From positions 1-64,000 of the forward strand of contig JAHPZE010000025.1 in assembly GCA_019058365.1 (NCBI GenBank): 64,000 nt of DNA, read 5' to 3'. The notes beneath the pieces are model-generated. The model did no database searches. It had not been told where the DNA came from and was given only the letters and a program-made list of their open reading frames with translations. How positions within the stretch are numbered: position 1 is the first letter of the stretch; every line of letters begins with the position of its first letter. A program made the translations under genes and the position numbers. Origin of the DNA: Promethearchaeota archaeon. GTDB taxonomy: Archaea > Asgardarchaeota > Lokiarchaeia > Sigyniarchaeales > SOKP01. Shown piece by piece: positions 40,962 to 50,416 of the stretch.

Positions 40962-42131
40962 TCACCAAATTTTTTCTATTAATGATTTAAAACTTTCAAT
41001 TTCTTTTAAACTCGAATAATTTTGAAAAACAAATTCTTTGGCTAAATTTTGTAATTCACGAAATTTGGATTGGTTTTGTTTCCATAGGTTATAAACTTCT
41101 AATATTTTTTCTTTTATTGCTTCTGGAGTTAATTCATCTATAAAAAAACTAAATTTCTTGCCTTGTAATAATTCAATAGAACCTATAGTTTTACTAGATA
41201 TCACAATAAGTTTTGCTGCTAATGCTTCCATAATTGCTCTTGGAAATGGCTCTCTACGGGAAGAAAATAAGAAAACATCATTACTTTTATAATAATGATG
41301 TATTTTATCATTACTGATATATCCATAGTACTTTATAAAAGCTGGAAATCGATTTTCTAGATTAATTACCTTTGAACTTAAGGGGCCTGTACCACAAAAT
41401 TCAAAAAATAATTTTAGATCCTTCTCTTTTTCTAAAAGAATTTCAATACCTTTTAAAAGGACGCCAACGCCCTTGTGAATATCATCAATGTGGCCAATGT
41501 AACAAAATTTTATTAAATCTTTTCTTTCTTTTTCTACATTATTCTTAGAGTATTTTTCTAAATTTATACCATGGATTATGTGAATCACTTTTTCAGGATC
41601 ATAGAATTTATCTAAAAAATGTTTTGCACTTTTTGATAAAGCATGGTGGTAAAATCTCTTTTTGAATAAAGAAAAAAAAAGTATTGACAACCTATATTTA
41701 GTATTGTATAAAGAAAAAAGCTTATCACTATATAAAGGCTTTCTATATCCTATAATATACCTTCCACGTCTAAGTAATAAACTAAAAAGCATAAAAATAA
41801 TATTCTGTTTAAAAGTAGAACAAGATGTATAAATAATATCATTTTTTTTAACGATCCTATAAAATTTTATCAAATTCCAAGGATAAGGAAATGTAAATAC
41901 TAAATTAGAAATATTTATAGTTGCAAATTTCATTCGAGTCCTTATTTTAACTCCATTTAATTTATCAGCAATTGCCCTTTTGGATAACAATCTTTTTCCA
42001 ATAAATATATTCGTATGAACAAAAGACGTTTTAAAGTATTTATTTAAACCTGCTGCTAATTCCATAGATGAAATTTCTCCACCTCTACCATTTTCAAGAG
42101 CTAATGGAGAAACAATAAGAATCTTGACCAT
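40962..42131 (-). CDS. GT4 glycosyltransferase
   Basis: GRGGE, HGIN, KGV, SRREPFPRAIMEALA. Confidence 0.9.
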   Translation of the reverse strand: MVKILIVSPLALENGRGGEISSMELAAGLNKYFKTSFVHTNIFIGKRLLSKRAIADKLNGVKIRTRMKFATINISNLVFTFPYPWNLIKFYRIVKKNDIIYTSCSTFKQNIIFMLFSLLLRRGRYIIGYRKPLYSDKLFSLYNTKYRLSILFFSLFKKRFYHHALSKSAKHFLDKFYDPEKVIHIIHGINLEKYSKNNVEKERKDLIKFCYIGHIDDIHKGVGVLLKGIEILLEKEKDLKLFFEFCGTGPLSSKVINLENRFPAFIKYYGYISNDKIHHYYKSNDVFLFSSRREPFPRAIMEALAAKLIVISSKTIGSIELLQGKKFSFFIDELTPEAIKEKILEVYNLWKQNQSKFRELQNLAKEFVFQNYSSLKEIESFKSLIEKIW

Positions 42132-42364
42132 TTTTTAAACAGAATTTTGAATAAAATAATATAATTGATTCTTTAAAAATTATGATTACATTTAGTTTTA
42201 TTCAAAATTTAGTAAAAGTATATGAAATTTTTTGCTATAATTAAGAACGATATTTGAGATATAAGAATCATTAACTAAATTTTGGATAAAATATGCATAG
42301 ATTAATAAGATTTTCATCAAAAATTAATAAATAACTTAAAAATTAACTAAATATTTTTAAAACT

Positions 42365-43516
42365 ATGAATAATCTTATACCAATTGAGAAGGTAATTGAA
42401 GAAAACCCACGTGTTAAAGAACTTGAAAATCAAGGATTTATTATCAATCCTACAAAAATTTCTGAATATTTAGATGACTTTAAAAATCGAATATCTGCTA
42501 CACCCAATAGGGATTATTGGAAGGAAAAACGAGTTTTAATTACTGGTATAAGTGGTTTCGCAGGAAGCTATTTGGCGGAGGAATTATTAGATCTAGGGTG
42601 CGAGGTCCATGGAACTATACGTAGACATGCGGTCCCAATGCACGAAAATATTGAGCATTTAAGAGGTAGAGTATCATTACATGAAGCTGATATTACAAGT
42701 GCGGAAAGGATATTAGGAATTTTTGAGAAAATTGAACCTAATGCTGTATTTCATCTTGCTGCTGAATCCTTTATACCAACTTCATTTAGAGAACCCGCAA
42801 GAGTAGCTCATAATAATATAATTGGCACAATAAAAATATTTGAGGCCGTAAGAAGATTTAATAATAATTTAGATAGTATTCAAGTAGCTTGTAGTAGTGA
42901 ACAATATGGTTTAGTAGATCCAAATGAGGTTCCTGTTACTGAAGATATAAAAAAGAATCCTTTTCGACCAAGAAGTGTATATGGGATTTCTAAATGTGCT
43001 ACGGAGCAAATTGCTTGGTTATATTATAATTCTTATGGGATTCCTAGTATAATCACTCGTGGATTTAATCATGAAGGTCCACGAAGAGGAATTCAATTTT
43101 CTACTAGTGTAGTTCATCGGCAAATAGTTGAAATTTTAAATAAATTAAGAGATAATATAATAATTGGAAATCCAAATGCTATTAGAGATTATACGCATGT
43201 TAAGGATACAGTAAATGCATATATATTGGTTAGTGAAAAAAAGAGCTACGGTGAACCATATAACGTCTGTTCTGGTAAAGGAATTACTATTGCAAATTAT
43301 GTAGAATTAGCTAAAAGAATCTTCAATGTCTCTGCTGAAGTATTTGTTGATAAAAACAGATTACGACCAAGTGAAGTGCCTTTATTAATAGGCAGAAATG
43401 ACAAAATTATAAATGACATTGGATGGAAACCTATAAGATCAATAATTGATATTATTAAGGAAGGGGTTAAATACTTCCAAGAACATCCAGACCAATTAGG
43501 AATTGAAGCTCATTAA
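42365..43516 (+). CDS. GDP-sugar 4,6-dehydratase-like protein (GMD/DmhA-like)
   Basis: ITGISGFAGSYL, HLAAES, SSEQYG, YGISK, FNHEGPRRG. Confidence 0.82.
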   Translation: MNNLIPIEKVIEENPRVKELENQGFIINPTKISEYLDDFKNRISATPNRDYWKEKRVLITGISGFAGSYLAEELLDLGCEVHGTIRRHAVPMHENIEHLRGRVSLHEADITSAERILGIFEKIEPNAVFHLAAESFIPTSFREPARVAHNNIIGTIKIFEAVRRFNNNLDSIQVACSSEQYGLVDPNEVPVTEDIKKNPFRPRSVYGISKCATEQIAWLYYNSYGIPSIITRGFNHEGPRRGIQFSTSVVHRQIVEILNKLRDNIIIGNPNAIRDYTHVKDTVNAYILVSEKKSYGEPYNVCSGKGITIANYVELAKRIFNVSAEVFVDKNRLRPSEVPLLIGRNDKIINDIGWKPIRSIIDIIKEGVKYFQEHPDQLGIEAH

Positions 43517-43607
43517 TAAATTTTTCAGTTCTTCTTAACTGGTTCTAAGATTTCAACTAAATTAATCCATATCATTCCAAAATTTTATTTGCTCAACTTT
43601 ATTATAT

Positions 43608-45071
43608 ATGTTAATGAAAAAAGATCAACAAGGAAAAGCAGTAATATTACTAACTATTGATGCTTTAAGAGCTGATCACTTAAAATCCTATGGATATCAC
43701 CGAAATACAGCACCAAATATAGAAAAATTGGCTGAAAAAGGAACTATTTTCATAAACGCAATAACAAATGGACCTGAGTCACCTACTGCATTCTCTTCAC
43801 TATTCACTTCAATTTTACCTTTATTAGATGGAGGATTTAGCCCTTTACCCCCTCAAAAAATTACATTACCACAGCTCTTAAAAGAAAATGATATAAATAC
43901 TTATGCTATTCATAGTAATCCTAATTTAGGAAAATTTTTTAATTTTAACCGTGGATTTGATGTTTTTTTGGATGGAGAAAGATATAAAAAAGATTCCACG
44001 AATAGTTTAAAACACCAATTAAGTGCTTATATAAAAAAATTATTAGATTACAATAATCTATCAAATAAATTAATATATCGCCTTAAAGGATTTAATACAT
44101 TAAAAACATGGTTAAGAAAGAAAATGCCCTTTCTTACAGAAATTTTATTACCATTTACTCCTATAGCTTATAATGCTCCTTATGTTGTAAGCAAATTAAT
44201 TTCTTTTATAGAAACTTCTCAAAAACCCCTATTTATTTGGGCTCACTTTATGGATGTTCATAGTCCTTATAATCCACCTAGGCGAAATGTTCTAAATTTC
44301 AGGAATAAAGATTTTAATATTACTGAAAGAAAGTTTTTAGTAGAAAAAGTATATCTTAGGGCTAAAGGAATTGAAATAACACCTAAAATGATAGATGATT
44401 TAAAAATACTCTATGATGCTGAAATTAACTTTATTGATGAATATTGTGCAATTCTCTTTGAAGCGATTAAAAAAAAAATTCAAAGCAACTGCTTAATAAT
44501 AATAGCGGCTGATCATGGTGAGAGCTTTTATGAACATGGATTCTTTGGTCATCAAGGGAGTATTTATGATGAAGTGTTAAAAATTCCTCTAATAATTGTT
44601 GAATTAAGTAAAAAATCAATTAAAAAAAAGGTTAAAGAAACAATTCAATTAATTGATATAACACCAACTATATTAGATTATTTTGGAATAGAAGTTCCTG
44701 AAAACTTTCAAGGATTAAGCCTTCTTTCGATGACCAGAGGTGAATCTATAAAAAGAAAGGATTTTGTAATTTCTGAATGTTACCAAAAAAGCGGATATAT
44801 GAAAAGAAATCAAGAGGAAGGTTTAATTTTATTAGCAATACGAAATCAAGGATGGAAATACATTTTTGATGAAGAAAATGATAAAGAATTTTTATTTAAT
44901 TTGAACTTAGATCCTCAAGAGGAAAATAACCTAATCCATGAAAATACTAAAAAATTGTTGGAATTTAGAGCAATAAAACAACATCATATCAAGAAAATAA
45001 CTGAATCCTATGAGGAAAAATTAAAAATCATTAAATCTATTGATAAATTAAAATTAGATGGATTAAAATAA
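43608..45071 (+). CDS. Sulfatase-like AlkP-superfamily protein lacking the CxPxR motif
   Basis: TIDALRADH, HFMDVHSPY, ADHGE, DITPT, DPQE; nucleophile region GPESPTA. Confidence 0.85.
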   Translation: MLMKKDQQGKAVILLTIDALRADHLKSYGYHRNTAPNIEKLAEKGTIFINAITNGPESPTAFSSLFTSILPLLDGGFSPLPPQKITLPQLLKENDINTYAIHSNPNLGKFFNFNRGFDVFLDGERYKKDSTNSLKHQLSAYIKKLLDYNNLSNKLIYRLKGFNTLKTWLRKKMPFLTEILLPFTPIAYNAPYVVSKLISFIETSQKPLFIWAHFMDVHSPYNPPRRNVLNFRNKDFNITERKFLVEKVYLRAKGIEITPKMIDDLKILYDAEINFIDEYCAILFEAIKKKIQSNCLIIIAADHGESFYEHGFFGHQGSIYDEVLKIPLIIVELSKKSIKKKVKETIQLIDITPTILDYFGIEVPENFQGLSLLSMTRGESIKRKDFVISECYQKSGYMKRNQEEGLILLAIRNQGWKYIFDEENDKEFLFNLNLDPQEENNLIHENTKKLLEFRAIKQHHIKKITESYEEKLKIIKSIDKLKLDGLK

Positions 45072-45106
45072 AGAAAAATTACTTTATGTTTTTTTAAATC
45101 ATAAAT

Positions 45107-45835
45107 TTACAAATTTAGTTCTTTTTTTTGAATTTGAATCAATTCTAAAATGCCTTTTTCTCCTAATTCTACAATTTCTCTTAATTTATTCTTAGTAAAA
45201 GTAGCTCTCTCCGCGGTTCCTTGGATTTCCATAATTTCAGATTTCTCATTCATAACTAAATTGAAATCAACATCTACTTTTGAATCTTCACTATAATCTA
45301 AATCTAATAGAATTTGGCTATTTTTTATACCTAAAGATACTGCTGCTAATACAGTATAATCTGGAAATTCATAAATGAGTTGTTGGTTGTAGAGATGATT
45401 AATAGCATCAAATACTGCTATGAACGCTCCCGTAATTGAAGCACATCTCGTACCTCCATCAGCTTGAATAACATCGCAATCGATTTTTATAGTACGTTCA
45501 CCAAGTTTTTCATAATTAAAACCGGCTCGTATACATCTCCCTATTAATCGTTGGATCTCAACTGATCTGCCTCTGTTAGGCTCTCTTTTGTTTCTCACTT
45601 GTGTGGCTCTAGGTAACATCGAATATTCTGCGGTAATCCATCCAGTTCCTGTATCAACTAAAAAACGTGGAACAGATTCTACAACTGAGGCTGTTACAAT
45701 TACTTTCGTGCTTCCCTGAGTTATTAAAACAGAACCTTCAGGATATTTAAGGAAATTTCTCTTTATAGTAATTTTCCTTAATTCATCAAATTTTCTTCCA
45801 TCAAATCTTTTATTTCCAAGCATTTCGTAACTCAA
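45107..45835 (-). CDS. rph: Ribonuclease PH (bacterial type)
   Basis: GWITAEYSMLPRAT, EIQRLIGR, DCDVIQADGGTRCASITG, LDLDYSEDS, EIQGTAE. Confidence 0.93.
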   Translation of the reverse strand: MSYEMLGNKRFDGRKFDELRKITIKRNFLKYPEGSVLITQGSTKVIVTASVVESVPRFLVDTGTGWITAEYSMLPRATQVRNKREPNRGRSVEIQRLIGRCIRAGFNYEKLGERTIKIDCDVIQADGGTRCASITGAFIAVFDAINHLYNQQLIYEFPDYTVLAAVSLGIKNSQILLDLDYSEDSKVDVDFNLVMNEKSEIMEIQGTAERATFTKNKLREIVELGEKGILELIQIQKKELNL

Positions 45836-46017
45836 GTAATTATTATTTCAATATTATTAGAAATGAAAGAGTATATTAGTATATTTTTTGTAAAGTAAAA
45901 AAGTTTCTAAAATTAGGATCTCAATATTGGACTTTAGCATAGAATATTATCATAGGGTTGTCTGTGATTTTTTAATCATCCAATTCTTTATTCTTAGAAG
46001 ATATAGTTTTCTGAAAC

Positions 46018-46296
46018 TTATATTTTTTGGATAATTTTACAAGCATTTATAATTTCTTTCCATATAACTTCAATTGTATCATTTTTTAGTAAAACAGATT
46101 TATCTTTCATTCGTTTTATGATTTCTTTTTCCCTATTTGGTTGAGATACATCCATATCAACTAATTTTTTAAGATTTCCGATTTTCTTGGCAACCTCTAC
46201 TCTTGTATTTAAGAGGTTAATCATTTGATTATCAATTTCATCAATTTCTTTCCTATATAATTCTATTTCCTTTTTAACGGCATTAGGTTCTTTCAT
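46018..46296 (-). CDS. aroQ: Chorismate mutase type II (stand-alone AroQ)
   Basis: RKEIDEID..LLNTR..IGNLK..REKEII; follows pheT. Confidence 0.88.
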   Translation of the reverse strand: MKEPNAVKKEIELYRKEIDEIDNQMINLLNTRVEVAKKIGNLKKLVDMDVSQPNREKEIIKRMKDKSVLLKNDTIEVIWKEIINACKIIQKI

Positions 46297-46345
46297 ATAA
46301 TTACATCACCACAATTAATTAGAAATAAAAAAAAAATATATATTT

Positions 46346-48022
46346 TTAAAATATGTACTCTAAATTTAGTTCTAAAGCTGCAACAGGAAATTTTAATTTG
46401 AAATTTAACAAAACTTCTGGGTGTATTTCACCGATCTCTCCAATTTTCTTTCCTTTCAAATAAACACTCCCATATCTACCTTCAAGATAAGTAGGATTTT
46501 TGTCAGGTTTAATTTCATAATCATCATAACACCCTAATGAAGTTATAATAAAATCTAAAGTAGATCTAATCTCTGTGAAATCTGAATGTTCATGATATGT
46601 TGTTGCTGCGACATGAATTTCTCTTCTTGTCCCCGTTTCTTTACTACTATCTAGCAAAATAATATCCCCAACTTCGAAAATTCTTATAGGTTTTTCTTCA
46701 GATCTATTGTTTGAAAGAGTCTCCAGCAATTTCGGTAAGATAGTAGTTCTTGTAGTATTATATTCTTTTGATACAGGGTTTAAAATCTGTACATGACTTG
46801 TTTCTTCAAACTCTTGTTTCATGTAATTATAAAGCTTTTCAGAGTTAGATAAAATAAAGTTCAGGACTTCTAAATATCCCGCTCCAATCATTATAGTCCG
46901 AATTTTATTCGAAAAAGATTGAATCGGATGATATTTTCCGATACATCCTTCTCTAATGGTTGTAGGTAATTTATCATATCCATATCCAATTGCGCATTCT
47001 TCGGTAAAATCAACAACGTGCATTATGTCTCCTCTAAAAGCTGGTACCCAGACATCTAAATATCCTTTCTTTTTTGATTGTTTAGCATCTAGTCTAACCT
47101 TATTAAAACATTTTATCATATCTTTTGAAGATAAACTGATTCCTATATAATCATTAATATAATCAATCCCAACCTCCCACTTCTCAGGATCCAGATTTGG
47201 AGTAAGAATTTCCTTCCCTTTCTCATAATTTACCTTAACACTTTCAATTTTAGCTCCCATATCTGCTAAAGTTGTTGATAAAATATTTAAAGCTAAATTG
47301 ACAGCTTTAAAATCTGTTCCAGTTAAATCTAAAAATAGATTTTTGGTATCATCTGTAACTGTTGTCAATATTCCATTTATAACTGGAGGAAAAGATAAAA
47401 CCTCATTATTATTATCAAAAATTATAGGATACACTTCTTTTCCTTCTAAAATATGAGCATATTCAGTCCCCTTCTCATGTAATAATAAGATTTCTTCTAA
47501 ATTCATAGGATATCCATCACCATGTAATGGAATAAAACTTACAGAATCTGGTTTGACAGCTGTATATCGATAAGGAGGTGTTATTTTATCAAGATCATGA
47601 ACACCTATTGCTACTTTTTTTCTATCTCGTCCAACTGCCCAGTGTAGATGTTCTTGGATGTTCATTAAAGTTGCAACCTCATCTTCATCCAAATCAATAT
47701 TTCTAATTACACCACAGACAATATATGGTCGAACTTGATTAACTATTGAATCAACATTTAATTCAATTTCTCCAGGAGAAATTTCAAAGGAGGGTATTCC
47801 TAACTTAATTTCATAATATCCCTGAAGTGCTCTGGCAATCCCTTCGGGACTAGAAAAGTCAGGTCTATTTGGATTATATTCAACTTTAATTTTTTGCTCT
47901 TCTTCATTTATATCTTCTAAATCTAAACCAATCCATTGCAAATCATATTCTAAATTCTTAATACCTAATTTTTTTCCCACTAACCTCTCTAATCGATCTA
48001 ATTTAAGTTCTAATGTTGGCAA
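46346..48022 (-). CDS. pheT: Phenylalanine--tRNA ligase beta subunit (archaeal)
   Basis: MPT start, PNRPD, AIGVHD, RGDIMH..D..E, GEIHPEVL. Confidence 0.96.
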   Translation of the reverse strand: MPTLELKLDRLERLVGKKLGIKNLEYDLQWIGLDLEDINEEEQKIKVEYNPNRPDFSSPEGIARALQGYYEIKLGIPSFEISPGEIELNVDSIVNQVRPYIVCGVIRNIDLDEDEVATLMNIQEHLHWAVGRDRKKVAIGVHDLDKITPPYRYTAVKPDSVSFIPLHGDGYPMNLEEILLLHEKGTEYAHILEGKEVYPIIFDNNNEVLSFPPVINGILTTVTDDTKNLFLDLTGTDFKAVNLALNILSTTLADMGAKIESVKVNYEKGKEILTPNLDPEKWEVGIDYINDYIGISLSSKDMIKCFNKVRLDAKQSKKKGYLDVWVPAFRGDIMHVVDFTEECAIGYGYDKLPTTIREGCIGKYHPIQSFSNKIRTIMIGAGYLEVLNFILSNSEKLYNYMKQEFEETSHVQILNPVSKEYNTTRTTILPKLLETLSNNRSEEKPIRIFEVGDIILLDSSKETGTRREIHVAATTYHEHSDFTEIRSTLDFIITSLGCYDDYEIKPDKNPTYLEGRYGSVYLKGKKIGEIGEIHPEVLLNFKLKFPVAALELNLEYIF

Positions 48023-48040
48023 TTCTTCAAAACCTCCATT

Positions 48041-49576
48041 TTAATATGGTTGATTCCGCAACCATTTTATTGGGTTAATATATAAATCTCTAATATCCTT
48101 CCTATCAAAATACAACATAGCTATTCTCTCAAGTCCTTGACCCCATGCTAAAACACGAGTTGGATCTTTAATTCCCCAAGGATATGTAACCTCAGGTCTA
48201 AAGATTCCTGAGCCTCCAAATTCTAACCATTCACCTAATTTATCAAAGTATACAGAAACTTCCATACTGGGCTCAGTATAAGGAAAAAATCCAGGTCTTG
48301 TTATAATCTTTTTAAATCCTAATTTTCTGTAAAATTCTTTTAGTAATCCAATTAAATCACATAGTGTTAAATTATCATCAATAACTATACCTTCAACTTG
48401 AGTAAACTCCGCTAAATGTGATTTATCTACTTTTTCATTTCTGAATACTCTATCAATGCAGAACACTTTAACTGGTGCTTTTTCCTTATTTCTATAAAAT
48501 TCTGCTAATCTTCTTATTGTAGTTGCTGTAGTATGAGTTCTCAATACTGTTTTTTTTGCTATTTCAACATCCCATTCAGAACCCCAACCAAGTGACCCCG
48601 AATCACCACCATTCTCATGTGTTGCCTTAACTGCTTGTACTCTATCACTTTCTGGCAATTTAGCAACTTTAGGATTATTCAAATAGAAAGTATCTTGCAT
48701 TTCTCTGGCCGGATGATCTTGGGGTTGAAATAAAGCATCAAAATTATAAAATGCACTTTCGATTATCGGACCTCTAATCTCAGTAAATCCCATTGAAATA
48801 AATATTTCTCTTATCTCATTAACTAATCTGATCATAGGATGTAGTTTTCCTGCTTTTAATAAGGGGCCCGGCTTGGTAACATCAAAAGGTTTTAAATCAT
48901 AATTTTTCCAAGTTCCAGAGATCAACATCTCAGAAGTAATTTTACTAATTTGCTCTAATTCTTTAATTTTTGAGATTTCAATTTTTTTACCCTTTTCAGT
49001 TAAACTTATGATTCTTTCAGTTCTACGATTTTTATTAACCAACTTTCTTTTATTTAGTAGATCCAATTGTAATAATTCATTTTTAGATAATGTAGAATGA
49101 TCAATAACAGGATTTTCTTTAAATTTTTTTAGAAATTTTTCAAAATCTGTTTCAGGAAAATTTTCAGCAGTAATAAATATTTTATTTTCTCCTGAAGCTT
49201 TGCTTTGCGCAATCCATCTTTTTTTTTTTAAATTTGAAATACCTATATAAAAAATATTTCTATCTAAATGAGATTTTCTTAAGAATTCATCTAAACTTAA
49301 TTCTTTAATATTGTTTTCTAATAATATATTTATTAATTGACGTTCCGGGAGGCCATCTTCTAAGTAATCAATTCCTTCTTTATTTAAAGATATTTGATTA
49401 ACTTCTTCTTCCCTAAAATGCCCTAAATCATTCTCAATTAAATCATTAATTGCAGACATTAGTACAATATAATCTATTTTCAATTCTTTTGCCAGATCAG
49501 TAGCAAGTACCTCAGAACTCTTTTTCTTTAATACCTTTAAAATATCAATTACTTGCTTTTTAAGTCTAATTGTCAT
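48041..49576 (-). CDS. pheS: Phenylalanine--tRNA ligase alpha subunit (archaeal)
   Basis: QDHPAREMQDTF, LRTHTT, FRNE, FPYTEPS, GIFRPE, GLERIAM. Confidence 0.97.
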   Translation of the reverse strand: MTIRLKKQVIDILKVLKKKSSEVLATDLAKELKIDYIVLMSAINDLIENDLGHFREEEVNQISLNKEGIDYLEDGLPERQLINILLENNIKELSLDEFLRKSHLDRNIFYIGISNLKKKRWIAQSKASGENKIFITAENFPETDFEKFLKKFKENPVIDHSTLSKNELLQLDLLNKRKLVNKNRRTERIISLTEKGKKIEISKIKELEQISKITSEMLISGTWKNYDLKPFDVTKPGPLLKAGKLHPMIRLVNEIREIFISMGFTEIRGPIIESAFYNFDALFQPQDHPAREMQDTFYLNNPKVAKLPESDRVQAVKATHENGGDSGSLGWGSEWDVEIAKKTVLRTHTTATTIRRLAEFYRNKEKAPVKVFCIDRVFRNEKVDKSHLAEFTQVEGIVIDDNLTLCDLIGLLKEFYRKLGFKKIITRPGFFPYTEPSMEVSVYFDKLGEWLEFGGSGIFRPEVTYPWGIKDPTRVLAWGQGLERIAMLYFDRKDIRDLYINPIKWLRNQPY

Positions 49577-49724
49577 ATGCTTTAGCTAAATTTTTTTACT
49601 TTTTTATTATATCTTTTAAAATCTCTAATTTATTTAAATCTTTCGTGGATTAAATCATTCTGAATAGCCCAATCTCGAATTAGAAAGAATCTTTTTTATA
49701 TTAAATGTAAAAATTCTGGATCTT

Positions 49725-49794
49725 AATAAAAGTAAAACCAAAAATCTCCGCAGCCAAGAGCATAATTTTAGTTTAGTAATTTTATTCCCTTGGC
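49725..49794 (-). terminator. Hairpin followed by U-rich tract in the pheS leader (putative attenuator/terminator)
   Basis: Minus-strand GCCAAGGGAAUAA (49794-49782) pairs with UUAUGCUCUUGGC (49765-49753) at 12 of 13 positions including one G-U; followed by UUUUUGGUUUUACUUUUAUU. Confidence 0.55.
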
Positions 49795-49877
49795 AGAATA
49801 AAGAATTTAAAGAAAAATGAATCTTGATAGAAAAATCTGTTTAGTTTAATACTGATATTTATTAAATTCGTAATCAT
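49782..49877 (-). CDS. Putative Phe-rich leader peptide (PheM-like), MITNLINISIKLNRFFYQDSFFFKFFILPRE
   Basis: 31-codon ATG..TAA ORF with 7 Phe in 12 codons, about 200 nt upstream of pheS; stop codon lies inside the hairpin 5' arm; TTATATAA 31 nt upstream. Confidence 0.55.
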   Translation of the reverse strand: MITNLINISIKLNRFFYQDSFFFKFFILPRE

Positions 49878-49908
49878 TATCTCAAGAATTCATTTTTACT
49901 ATAATTTA

Positions 49909-49916
49909 TTATATAA
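49909..49916 (-). promoter_or_regulatory. Candidate TATA box for the leader/pheST transcript
   Basis: TTATATAA 31 nt above the leader ATG; weak evidence because the background is AT-rich. Confidence 0.3.
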
Positions 49917-49923
49917 TCATGTC

Positions 49924-50409
49924 CTAAAAAATTTTCCTATGATGCTTTTCTCGAATAGAAGTAGAACTAATTTTATTGTTATTTTTATCTTTGAGAACAG
50001 GAATTACAATTAAAACAAGAGGTTCTAATCCTTTTTTCTCTCTATTTTCATTTAATCTTAAAGCATTTTCATACGTTTCCTGGCTAACTATTAAGCCTTC
50101 ATATTCTGGATCTTGAGCATATTTATCCATATCTGCCCAATTTTTAATTTCAACAATATTAATTCGCTCTAAATCAGCAAAAGAATTAATATATGTCATT
50201 AAATTCTCTTTTCTGGTTTTGTAATCTTCCAATTTTGAGGAATATTGTTTATTTTTTAATAAATCTTGAGATGTCAGCCCAATCTCTATAAATTCAGAAA
50301 TGGATAAAGCAGTTTTTAATAAAAATTTATGTCCCTCGTGGAGATGATCGAAAGTTCCCCCTAATCCAACTTTCTTTAGAATCTGAAAAACCCCCAGCCA
50401 AAAAAACAA
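49924..50409 (-). CDS. coaD: Archaeal phosphopantetheine adenylyltransferase
   Basis: GGTFDHLHEGH, VSQET, N..R, ISSTSIR; real start possibly ATT 50382. Confidence 0.92.
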   Translation of the reverse strand: MFFWLGVFQILKKVGLGGTFDHLHEGHKFLLKTALSISEFIEIGLTSQDLLKNKQYSSKLEDYKTRKENLMTYINSFADLERINIVEIKNWADMDKYAQDPEYEGLIVSQETYENALRLNENREKKGLEPLVLIVIPVLKDKNNNKISSTSIREKHHRKIF

Positions 50410-50416
50410 ATGTAAT

